64,000 nucleotides of DNA from Longimicrobiales bacterium. GTDB lineage: Bacteria > Gemmatimonadota > Gemmatimonadetes > Longimicrobiales > Gaopeijiaceae. This document shows positions 29,901 through 37,143 of the stretch, piece by piece (position 1 is the stretch's first letter; each line of letters starts with the position of its first letter). The notes under the pieces were generated by a model, which did not search any database, was not told where the DNA came from, and worked only from the letters and a program-made list of their open reading frames with translations. A program made the position numbers and the translations under genes. Location of the stretch: assembly GCA_965202805.1 (NCBI GenBank), contig OZ241869.1, positions 1,056,001 through 1,120,000 on the forward strand, given 5' to 3'.

Positions 29901-31271
29901 CAGCGAAACGAGGGCGGCCCTGTCGGCCGCGTTGCACAACGGCCCCTCGTACCGCTCCACCCGGTTCAGCCATTCGACGAACCCCGTGGTTCCCGGCGCA
30001 CAGAGTCCCGCGTTTCCCGGGAACCAGAACTCCCTCAACTCGTCCAGTTGCAGGAAGCTGGACGGGATGGAGCCCGTAAGGCCGTTCGAGGCCAGCCACA
30101 GCCGCTGCAGGTTGGCGAGGCCGCCCAGTTCCGGTGGGATGGAGCCCGTAAGGCCGTTCGAGGCCAGCCACAGCCGCTGCAGGTTGGCGAGGCCGCCCAG
30201 TTCCGGTGGGATGGAGCCCGTAAGGCCGTTCGCGCCCAGCGACAGGTTCTCCAGGGTGGCGAGTCCGCCCAGTTCCGGCGGGATGGAGCCCGTCAGGCCG
30301 CTCGAGCCCAGCAACAGGTTCTTCACGCTGGCGAGGCCGCCCAGTTCCGGCGGGATGGAGCCCGTCAGGAGGTTCGGGCCCAGCGACAGCGTCTGCAGGT
30401 TGGCGAGTCCGCCCAATTCCGGCGGGATGGAGCCCGTCAGGGCGTTCAGGCCCAGCCACAGGCTCTCCAGGTTGGCGGGTTCGCCCAGTTCCGGCGGGAT
30501 GGAGCCCTCCAGGTCATTCGCGCTCAGCGACAGCGTCTCCAGGCTGGCGAGTCCGCCCAATTCCGGCGGGATGGAGCCGCTCAGGCCGTTCCAGCCCAGC
30601 GATAGCGTCTTCAGGCTGCCCAGTCTGCCCAGTTCCGGCGGGATGGAGCCCGTCAGGTCGTTCACGGCCAGCGACAGGACCTCGAGGTTCGCGAGGCCGC
30701 CGAGTTCCGGTGGGATGGAGCCCGTCAGCTCGTTCCAGCGCAGCGACAGCGTCTTCAGGCCGGCGAGTTCGCCCAGCCCGGGCGGGATGGAGCCGGTCAG
30801 GTCGTTCCGGCCCAGCGACAGCGTCTCCAGGCTGGCGAGTCCGCCCAACTCGGGCGGGATGGAGCCCGTCAGCCCGTTCCGGGCCAGCGACAGCGTCTCC
30901 AGGTCGCCGAGCCCGCCGAGCTCCGGCGGGATGGAGCCGGTGAGGCCGTGTGTAGCCCATTCCTGGGTGGCCCGGTCCAGCTCGCCGGCGAGATCCAGAC
31001 CCACAACCCGTCCGGAGGCGTCCGTCTCCACCCCGTACCACTCGCCCGTCGGCGCGTCCGTCAGCCAGTTCTCGCTGTCGACCCAGTTCGGCCCGTCGGT
31101 CGCGTTGTAGAGCGCTATGAGGATGTCACGATCGCTCATCGTTGTGGCCGACGGCGACGCGCTCGATTCGGAAGCGGACACGACGGCCTCCGGGGGAGCG
31201 ACCACCGGCTCGTCGCCGCACGCTGCAAGGAGCACCATCGTGAGCACGGACCCGCGTCTCCCCGGAGTCAC
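26967..31271 (-). CDS. Large lipoprotein with three capped LRR blocks, a zinc metalloprotease domain and a conserved C-terminal domain
   Basis: LAAC lipobox; three DRxxLxxLY/H...GxNW...W cap modules; LTGSIPPELG repeats; HEFGHNRNLYH and DFMSY Met-turn. GTGA overlap with the upstream gene. Confidence 0.85.
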   Translation of the reverse strand: MTPGRRGSVLTMVLLAACGDEPVVAPPEAVVSASESSASPSATTMSDRDILIALYNATDGPNWVDSENWLTDAPTGEWYGVETDASGRVVGLDLAGELDRATQEWATHGLTGSIPPELGGLGDLETLSLARNGLTGSIPPELGGLASLETLSLGRNDLTGSIPPGLGELAGLKTLSLRWNELTGSIPPELGGLANLEVLSLAVNDLTGSIPPELGRLGSLKTLSLGWNGLSGSIPPELGGLASLETLSLSANDLEGSIPPELGEPANLESLWLGLNALTGSIPPELGGLANLQTLSLGPNLLTGSIPPELGGLASVKNLLLGSSGLTGSIPPELGGLATLENLSLGANGLTGSIPPELGGLANLQRLWLASNGLTGSIPPELGGLANLQRLWLASNGLTGSIPSSFLQLDELREFWFPGNAGLCAPGTTGFVEWLNRVERYEGPLCNAADRAALVSLHELAGGANWTDPEGWLGAGALEEWHGVSVDSLGRVTALDLTGNGLSGRLSWKMGELAQMTELRIADNADLSGRLPLSLAGLSLRTLHYSGTELCAPAEEVFRAWLGGIPSHEGTGEECALFPDREALGVLYKTTGGPNWSESGNWLTLAPLGAWHGVRTDADGRVTSLDLRANGLEGPIPAELGGLARARLVDLSGNELSGPVPAEIGGLASVEGLFLDGNELTSVPPELGELGNLRELVLNFNRLTSLPPELGRLSRLEALGLWSNELTTIPPELGQLGNLKELDLDENRLTSLPAELAGLKRLEILWAESNQLAFIPPDLGALTRLRRLVLVGNRLTDMAVEPGGYPGLRVLDLSSNEFASFPRALAELGNLRQLELDGNGLTDVPPGLGGLARLEILDVSSNELSGPLPAGLVEFTGLTSLSLADNVGLTGALPLDLTALEVLEDLHTAGTELCAPADPAFLDWLEGVTRQRVALCDRGGDAAAYLTQAVQSREFPVPLVAGEPALLRVFVTAKQANDATMPPVRATFYQDGAVTYELDIPATQDPIPASVDESSLSKSVNAEIPGWVVQPELEVVIEPDPEGTLDPALGVAGRIPATGRMAVDVRAMPVFEVTLVPFIWEENPDSSIVEITAAMAADPAGHELFERTHLLLPVAQMDVTAHAAVASPTNNGFEILRLTEMIRVAEGGRGHYLGLMAGPTVPSDLRGVANDIGNWSSFSVLDSETIAHEFGHNRNLYHAPCGGAAGPDRYYPYRNGSIGAWGYDFRAGELVPPEQPDFMSYCTPTWTSDYQFTNALRYRLETETSSIIVVAADTRAAASSRTLLVWGGLDGEGAPYLEPAFFIDAPPALPSSGGAWWLTGRDAAGAELFSVSLGMAEYTDTEDDHAGFTLALPVTWTGQLASISLQGPGGSAILGRNTDAPVTILRDAATGRIRGILEGPPRAAPAAGAAAAAGGQGFEVLFSRGIPDAGNERR
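30064..30950. repeat. 72-bp tandem array of about 12 LRR units, with two exactly identical units (30064-30135, 30136-30207)
   Basis: gggatggagcc recurs every 72 bp. Confidence 0.92.
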
Positions 31272-32377
31272 TGCGGACGGCCCGTTGGCGGGGGGGAGAC
31301 GACCCGGACCCGCATGCCCGGGCTGCGGTCGGCCGACTCCCGGGCACCGGACGCCCCGGTGATCGTCAGGCGAACACCCTCCGAGCAGTTGTTGCGCGCG
31401 TCGAACTCCTCCATCACCGGATCGACGCACACGCCGATGTAGACCGTTCCCCGGGCGCTGCCCCGGTCAGCCGAGATCGCCAGCAGGAATGTGTAGTCCT
31501 GCGAGGGCGCAAGCGGTGGAAAGGGGGCTGAACGGAGTTCGGTGTCGCGAATGCTGATAGTGGGGTTCGTCGACCGCATGGCGCGGATCGTCGTTGCCTC
31601 CGACACATCGGAGCCCTGGTTGCGGATGCCGAACGTCAACGTCGTCGAATCGCCCGGCGTCAGCGTAGCGGCGATCGGCGACCGGGCCGTGAACGCCAGG
31701 TCCGGACCCGGCGCGACGACAGCGATGTGGCCGCTCAGGGTATCGCCGAGGCCGGAGGGGTCGGTGGCCGTCACCTCGATCGTGACCGAACCCGGGGACA
31801 GGGCGGTGATCGTCACTTCCGAGCCGGAGACGGAAACCGCAGCCACCGCCGGGTCCGACGAGGACACCGCGTAGCTGAGCGCGTCGCCGTCAGGGTCGGC
31901 GAAGTAGGGCGATACGTCGAGTCTGGCCGTGTCGCCGACCAGCACCGTCCGGTCCTCGATCGCGCCCGCCGCCTCCGGCGCCCGGTTGGGGACGGTGGCC
32001 TCGAAGGTCTGCACGGCGCTCAGGCCGGCGGGATCGGTGGCCGTCACCGCAACGCTGGCGGAGCCCGCTGCCACCCCGGCGACGGTCAGGGTGGCGCCCG
32101 ACACCGAGACCGCGGCGACCGCGGCGACCGACGACGCGGCCGTGTAGCTCAGCGCGTCGCCGTCGGCATCGGTGAAGTAGGACGAGAGATCGAGCGCGGC
32201 CGTATCGCCCACGTTCACGGTCTGGCCCGGAATCGAACCTGCCGGCTCGGGCGCCCGGTTCGCCGGCGCCGGTGCCGTCGGCGCTTCACCATCACCGCAT
32301 CCGGCGACGCACACGGCCATGAGCACAACCCCCGGCCAATGCCTCGCGCAGACCCGGAATCGATCATCTGCGGCCAT
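31268..32377 (-). CDS. Lipoprotein with two cadherin/Ig-like repeats and a CARDB-like domain
   Basis: VAGC lipobox; two NRAPE...YFxDxDGDALSY...ATDPxGL repeats; PDL...IRNQG...CVDPV.E...NNCS. Confidence 0.8.
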   Translation of the reverse strand: MAADDRFRVCARHWPGVVLMAVCVAGCGDGEAPTAPAPANRAPEPAGSIPGQTVNVGDTAALDLSSYFTDADGDALSYTAASSVAAVAAVSVSGATLTVAGVAAGSASVAVTATDPAGLSAVQTFEATVPNRAPEAAGAIEDRTVLVGDTARLDVSPYFADPDGDALSYAVSSSDPAVAAVSVSGSEVTITALSPGSVTIEVTATDPSGLGDTLSGHIAVVAPGPDLAFTARSPIAATLTPGDSTTLTFGIRNQGSDVSEATTIRAMRSTNPTISIRDTELRSAPFPPLAPSQDYTFLLAISADRGSARGTVYIGVCVDPVMEEFDARNNCSEGVRLTITGASGARESADRSPGMRVRVVSPPPTGRPQ

Positions 32378-32588
32378 CCGGCCCCCAGGTTTGCCCGTCG
32401 CTTCGGCTATGATGATACCAGATCTCGCATCCCGCGCTACCCGGGGATCGGGCGCAGCCCACGGTCTCGCGCATGGCTGGCGCTTTCCCCTCCCGTGTCC
32501 CATCCTGACGGCGCGGAGCCCTCGGTTGTACCCCAGGAGCGCCCGAGGCTTTTCCTCGCGCCCCGAACTCACGAAGGAACCCCATCCC

Positions 32589-34178
32589 ATGACCACCAGC
32601 AGACGCATTCTTCTCGCCGCGGCCGCCCTTTCCCTGGCCACGCCTTTCCTGGCCACGCCTTCCCTGGCCATGCCGCTGCCCGCCCAGACCTTCCCCTCCG
32701 ACGACCCCGTCATCCAGGCGATGTGGGAGGAGGGCATGGGTTCGGGAAGCCGGGCGTTCGATCTCGCGCAGGCGCTGCTCGACTCCATCGGCCCCCGGCT
32801 GATGGGCTCCCCGGCCTACTCGCGCTCCGCGGACTGGCTGATCTCCAACTACGAGCGCTGGGGCATCGAGGCGGAGCGCCAGGATTACGGCACCTGGATC
32901 GGATGGGAGCGCGGCTTTACCCACATCGACATGCTGGAGCCCCGCAGGCGCACGCTGGAGGGCACGCTGCTCGCCTGGAGCCCCGGCACCGACGGGCCCG
33001 TGGAGGGCGAGGTAGTCGCGCTGCCGACCTTCGCCGACGGCGCCGAGCTGAACGCCTGGCTGCCCTCCGCCGCGGGCAAGTTCGTCGCCGTCTCCTTCGC
33101 CGAACCCACCTGCCGCGAGGACCAGTCGTGGCTCGACCACGCCACCCCCGAGTCCTTCCGGCGCATGAGCGAGGCCCGGGACGCCGCGCAGCAGGAATGG
33201 ACGGCCAGCTACCAACTGACGTTCATCCCCAACGCAGGGCCCCAGCGGCTGGAAAGCGCGGGTGCGCTCGGGCTGATCACGGGCAACTGGTCCCGGGGCT
33301 GGGGCGTGGACAAGATCTTCGCCTCCTCGACCCGGGAGATCCCGTCGCTGCACCTGGCGTGCGAGGACTATTCCCTCCTCCACAGGCTCGCATCACGAGA
33401 CCAGGGACCGCGCATCCGCCTGGACGCGGAGGCCGAATTCCTGGGCGACGTGCCCGCCTTCAACGTGGTGGCCACGATTCCGGGCACCGAACTGCCCGAC
33501 GAGTACGTGCTGCTGAGCGCGCACCTGGACTCGTGGGACGGCGCCTCGGGCGCGACCGACAACGGCACCGGCACCGTCATGATGCACGAGGCCATGCGCA
33601 TCCTCAAGGAGACCTACCCCAACCCGCGCCGCACCATCGTCGTGGGGCACTGGGGCGGCGAGGAGCAGGGCCTGATCGGCTCGACCGCCTTCGCCACCGA
33701 CAATCCCGAGGTGGTGGACGGGCTTCAGGCCTCCTTCAACCAGGACAACGGCACCTGGCGCATCGACTTCATCCGCATGCAGGGCTTCCTGGGCGCCGGG
33801 GAGCACTTCGCGCGCTGGTTCGAGCGCATCCCCCCGGAGATCACCGGCCACATCGAGCTGGATGTGCCGGGCGTGCCCGAGGTCGGCGGCTCGGACCACA
33901 TGTCGTTCATCTGCAAGCCCGCGCCGGGCTTCCGGCTCCAGTCCAACTATCCCGACTACCGCCAGTACACCTGGCACACCAACCGCGACACCTTCGACAA
34001 GATCGTCTTCGACGACCTGCGCAACAACGCGACCCTGGCCGCGATGCTGACCTACATGGCGTCGGAGGACCCGGAGCGCATGGACGTGACCCAGAGGGTG
34101 CTGCCGGTGAACCCGAACGACGGCATACGAGAGACGTGGCCCCAGTGCCGCCCCCCGAGGAGGAGCTTCGCGAGGTAG
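32589..34178 (+). CDS. Secreted M28 family metallopeptidase (carboxypeptidase Q-like)
   Basis: IGPRL, SAHLDSWD, GATDNGTG, WGGEEQGLIGS, GGSDH, TWHTNRDTFDK. Confidence 0.9.
   Translation: MTTSRRILLAAAALSLATPFLATPSLAMPLPAQTFPSDDPVIQAMWEEGMGSGSRAFDLAQALLDSIGPRLMGSPAYSRSADWLISNYERWGIEAERQDYGTWIGWERGFTHIDMLEPRRRTLEGTLLAWSPGTDGPVEGEVVALPTFADGAELNAWLPSAAGKFVAVSFAEPTCREDQSWLDHATPESFRRMSEARDAAQQEWTASYQLTFIPNAGPQRLESAGALGLITGNWSRGWGVDKIFASSTREIPSLHLACEDYSLLHRLASRDQGPRIRLDAEAEFLGDVPAFNVVATIPGTELPDEYVLLSAHLDSWDGASGATDNGTGTVMMHEAMRILKETYPNPRRTIVVGHWGGEEQGLIGSTAFATDNPEVVDGLQASFNQDNGTWRIDFIRMQGFLGAGEHFARWFERIPPEITGHIELDVPGVPEVGGSDHMSFICKPAPGFRLQSNYPDYRQYTWHTNRDTFDKIVFDDLRNNATLAAMLTYMASEDPERMDVTQRVLPVNPNDGIRETWPQCRPPRRSFAR
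32631..32675. repeat. 15-bp unit x3 in the signal peptide of the M28 peptidase (SLATP-FLATP-SLAMP)
   Basis: tccctggccacgcct / ttcctggccacgcct / tccctggccatgccg. Confidence 0.85.
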
Positions 34179-34287
34179 CCGGCAGTCGGCCGAGGCGGTC
34201 ACCGGGCGCGATGCGGCGATCCGTGGCGCGGACGAGGCCTCGTGATCCGGGGCACCGGATCCGGATCGGGCGTGTACAGACACAATC

Positions 34288-34947
34288 ATGAGGATCCCGC
34301 ACCGAACCGGCATCCGCGTCGCGATCCCGGCGCTGTTCCTCCTGGCTGCGTGCCCGGCGCTCGACGCCCAGGACGCGGGAGGCGTCCGCCCCGGCCCGGA
34401 CGACACGCACAACGCCCGCTCCCGGCCGGGCAACCCGGTGGGCGCCTCCGTGGTGCGGGATACGATCCGCACCCGGAATCTGCTCCTCTGGGGCGGCATC
34501 GACGCCGACCGCGTGCCGTTCCTGGACCCCGTCTTCGTGATCGACGCCCCGCCCTCGCGTCCGCGCTCGATCGGTGAGTACGTGGTGATCGGTCGGGCCG
34601 GCGACGGCACGGTGCTCTTCTCCCTGCCCTTCGAGATGCCCGTCGTGGCCGATGGCGACGGCAGCTCGAGCTTCGTCTTCATGCTCCCGGTGGAGCCCGG
34701 CTGGGCGGGCAGCCTTGCCAGCGTCACGCTTGACGGACCGGGCGGATCGGCCACGCTCGACGAAGACACCAATCGTCCGATGGCGATCGTGCGTGACAAG
34801 GTAACGGGCCGGATACAGGGCATCCTGCGCGACCTTCCGCCGACCGTCATGACCGAGGAAGTGGCGGACGCCGCCGTGTTCCGGACTCCGACCTCCGAGG
34901 TGCTCTTCAGTCGCGGGATTCCCGGTCCGGGAGCGTGGCGACGCTGA
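34288..34947 (+). CDS. Secreted protein consisting mainly of the domain found at the C-terminus of the LRR-metalloprotease
   Basis: Signal peptide, then LLLWGG...PFLDPVFVIDAPP...GPGGSATL...TGRIQGIL...EVLFSRGIP, aligned by eye with 26967-27430. Confidence 0.8.
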   Translation: MRIPHRTGIRVAIPALFLLAACPALDAQDAGGVRPGPDDTHNARSRPGNPVGASVVRDTIRTRNLLLWGGIDADRVPFLDPVFVIDAPPSRPRSIGEYVVIGRAGDGTVLFSLPFEMPVVADGDGSSSFVFMLPVEPGWAGSLASVTLDGPGGSATLDEDTNRPMAIVRDKVTGRIQGILRDLPPTVMTEEVADAAVFRTPTSEVLFSRGIPGPGAWRR

Positions 34948-35506
34948 CCGCCATCGGCATGCCCAGCGCCGCCGCGGCGGCGTAGAGAGCCGGCGTCCGG
35001 GCCGAGAGCACCCGCGGCCCACCGTAGCGCAAACCGTCTCGCGTGCGATCCGTGAAGAGGACGATCCCGTGCCACTCGCCCCCGAAGGCGGACCACCATC
35101 TCAGGCCGGTCTTGCCGCTGTCCCACGCGGAAGCGGCGATGGCCTGTGTTGCGCGCCGGTTTCGTGAGGCCACCTGATCCGGCGCGATGCCCCGGCGGTC
35201 GAGCGTGGCAGGGTCACACAGGTCGAGAATCTCCGAGGCCGCATCCGCATCCAGCTGCACGCTGACCAGGGCCAGCGGGTGTCCGGCCCGCCGAAGGTGC
35301 GCTTCCCGAAGGGGCCGGTTGCGCCACGGCTGAAGCGCCTCGGCGATGGCGTGCTCGGGCGACTCGGCCAAGTAGAGCACGGGCGAGCAGGCCACCGGAA
35401 GGTCGAAGCGCCCTCGCCCGGTGGTCGGCGGAATGCGGGACGGCGAGAACGGGCTGTCGTCGACGACACCCGGATTCCACGGAAAAACGCGCCAGAAGAG
35501 GGCCAC
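34907..35506 (-). CDS. RES domain toxin (NAD+-targeting family)
   Basis: GRFD, VLYLAESPEHAIAE, TQAIA, GLRWWS. Directly downstream of the Xre/MbcA-type antitoxin. Confidence 0.82.
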   Translation of the reverse strand: MALFWRVFPWNPGVVDDSPFSPSRIPPTTGRGRFDLPVACSPVLYLAESPEHAIAEALQPWRNRPLREAHLRRAGHPLALVSVQLDADAASEILDLCDPATLDRRGIAPDQVASRNRRATQAIAASAWDSGKTGLRWWSAFGGEWHGIVLFTDRTRDGLRYGGPRVLSARTPALYAAAAALGMPMAVSVATLPDRESRD

Positions 35507-35518
35507 GAGCGCGACCAG

Positions 35519-35908
35519 TCAGGCGAAAACGCCGGCTTTCATCGCCTCCACGGCCCCCACGACCTCGGCGATCTGGCTGCGCTGGATGAAGTACGACGGT
35601 GTTGCGCCGTCCAGATGCGCGTTAGGACCGGTCAGCCACTCCTCGACGATGTCCGCGTCGAGCCAGCGCATCAGCATCTCCACGGCCAGCGCGAGGCCGG
35701 CGAGCCGGTCCGCGTTCTCCCGGTCCGGACGCTGACCCTGCCTCCAGCGCGTGACCTGGGACGCGGAAACGCCAAGAATGGCTGCAATTCCGCGATCGGA
35801 ATCCACGCCCCGGCGAATCATCTCGAGATGGCTCAGAGTCCAGTCGGAACCGTCTTCGCCGGATTCGGAGTGTTGCGCGGTACCGTGGTCGGCCTCGTCC
35901 ATGTGCAC
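35519..35908 (-). CDS. Antitoxin with an HTH and an Xre/MbcA/ParS C-terminal domain
   Basis: IAAILGVSASQVTRW HTH; WLTGPNAHLDGATP. Confidence 0.85.
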   Translation of the reverse strand: MHMDEADHGTAQHSESGEDGSDWTLSHLEMIRRGVDSDRGIAAILGVSASQVTRWRQGQRPDRENADRLAGLALAVEMLMRWLDADIVEEWLTGPNAHLDGATPSYFIQRSQIAEVVGAVEAMKAGVFA

Positions 35909-35930
35909 AAGCTACGGGGCTCGAAAATGG

Positions 35931-35953
35931 CGCGCAACAAAAACCGTTGCGCG
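35931..35953. promoter_or_regulatory. 8-bp inverted repeat upstream of the Xre-RES operon; candidate autorepression operator
   Basis: cgcgcaac-aaaaacc-gttgcgcg. Confidence 0.4.
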
Positions 35954-36091
35954 GGCGGCGCGGCAACGCGTCCCGCGAAGAGGCCGTGTGAGAGCCCTGG
36001 AGGAGGAGCCATGCGCAGCCGGTGACCCTTCCAGGCGATGCGACGGCTTGCGCGCTTGTGATCTGATGTCGCTGACGCTAATAATGCTGTC

Positions 36092-36328
36092 ATGAGCGTT
36101 CAGATCACCATCCGGGGCGTTCCCGAGGAGGTACGGGACCAGATCGCGGCGCGCGCGGCCGCGAGAGGCCAGTCGATGCAGGAGTACCTGCGGGGCGAGC
36201 TGGAGCGTCTGGTGGCCAAGCCTTCCGTTGAGGAGTGGTTCAGGCAGGTCCGCGCTGACAAGCGCGCGATGATCAACAGCGTAGCCACCGAGCACATTCT
36301 TCGTGCCCGCGACGCGGATCGGAAGTGA
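36092..36328 (+). CDS. FitA/VapB-like ribbon-helix-helix antitoxin
   Basis: QITIRGVPEEVRDQIAARAAARGQSMQEYLR, ending RDADR. Candidate promoter TTGTGA-17-TAATAA just upstream. Confidence 0.85.
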   Translation: MSVQITIRGVPEEVRDQIAARAAARGQSMQEYLRGELERLVAKPSVEEWFRQVRADKRAMINSVATEHILRARDADRK

Positions 36329-36462
36329 CGGTCGTCGTTGATGGATCGGTGCTCACGGCGGCAGTTCCCGGCCCGACCTGCGAGATCATCACGCCGCCCG
36401 ACCTCCGCGTCGTACGCGAGCCCGTCGTAGCCACGGGCTGGACACCCTTCGCTACCGGTTAG
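36325..36462 (+). pseudogene. vapC: Internally deleted VapC/PIN toxin remnant
   Basis: GTGA overlap with the antitoxin. Translates MTVVVDGSVLTAAV (PIN-like N-terminus) joined to PGPTCEIITPP (resembles VapC C-termini); only 45 aa. Confidence 0.65.
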
Positions 36463-36529
36463 ACACATCTCGCTCGCTACCGCGTCAGCGGTGAGTCCCG
36501 CGAGTTCATGTTCGTGCGTTCCCGCCCTG

Positions 36530-37060
36530 TCACGGAGCCCCGTCCTCCGCGCCTGCCCGGGGAACGGGCGCGGAGGTGTGGCCGCTCAGGATGCGCCATC
36601 CGTCCGGTTCGTGGATCCAGACCGCAGTCATCGCCCCGCCGTACGTGAACGCGAACCCGCCTTCACCCTCGAGCGTGCTCTCGAACAGAGACCGGACCAG
36701 CGCGACACCGGGCGCCAGCGCCTCGATGCCGGTGTCCGAGTACTCCGTCGTGACCCGCATTCCCGGGCCGAGGCCCTCCAGAGCGGCGCGCACGTCGGCC
36801 GCCGACCGGTAGCGCAGTGCCCCGCTCTCGTAGAACCGAAACGCGGGGGACTCGGAGTAGAAGCCGCCGGCCGCCGTCGGGTCCGGGCCCGATCCGAGTT
36901 CGCGAAACTCATCGAGCGCGCTCGACACGCTGTCGCGGATCGCCGCCGCGTGGGCCTCCGACAGCCCGGCGGAGTCCGCGTCGGGCCGGCAGCCGGAAGT
37001 CGCGCACAGGGCGAGACACGCGACCGCCAGCGCCCGTCGGCGAAGGGAAGGTGATCTCAT
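36530..37060 (-). CDS. NTF2/SnoaL-like (DUF4440) lipoprotein
   Basis: Lipobox TSGC; TAVWIHEPDGWRILSGHTS C-terminal strands. Confidence 0.75.
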   Translation of the reverse strand: MRSPSLRRRALAVACLALCATSGCRPDADSAGLSEAHAAAIRDSVSSALDEFRELGSGPDPTAAGGFYSESPAFRFYESGALRYRSAADVRAALEGLGPGMRVTTEYSDTGIEALAPGVALVRSLFESTLEGEGGFAFTYGGAMTAVWIHEPDGWRILSGHTSAPVPRAGAEDGAP

Positions 37061-37143
37061 GCTCCATGATCCCTTGAACACGGTCTCTCGGCGGCGGAGT
37101 TCTGTCGGCATCGCAGCTCCGCCCGGTGGTGTTCAGATCCCCC

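Noticed and set aside
30064..30950. Regular 72-bp periodicity as a CRISPR or DGR repeat
   Set aside because: It is fully explained by in-frame LRR coding units, and no reverse transcriptase is present.
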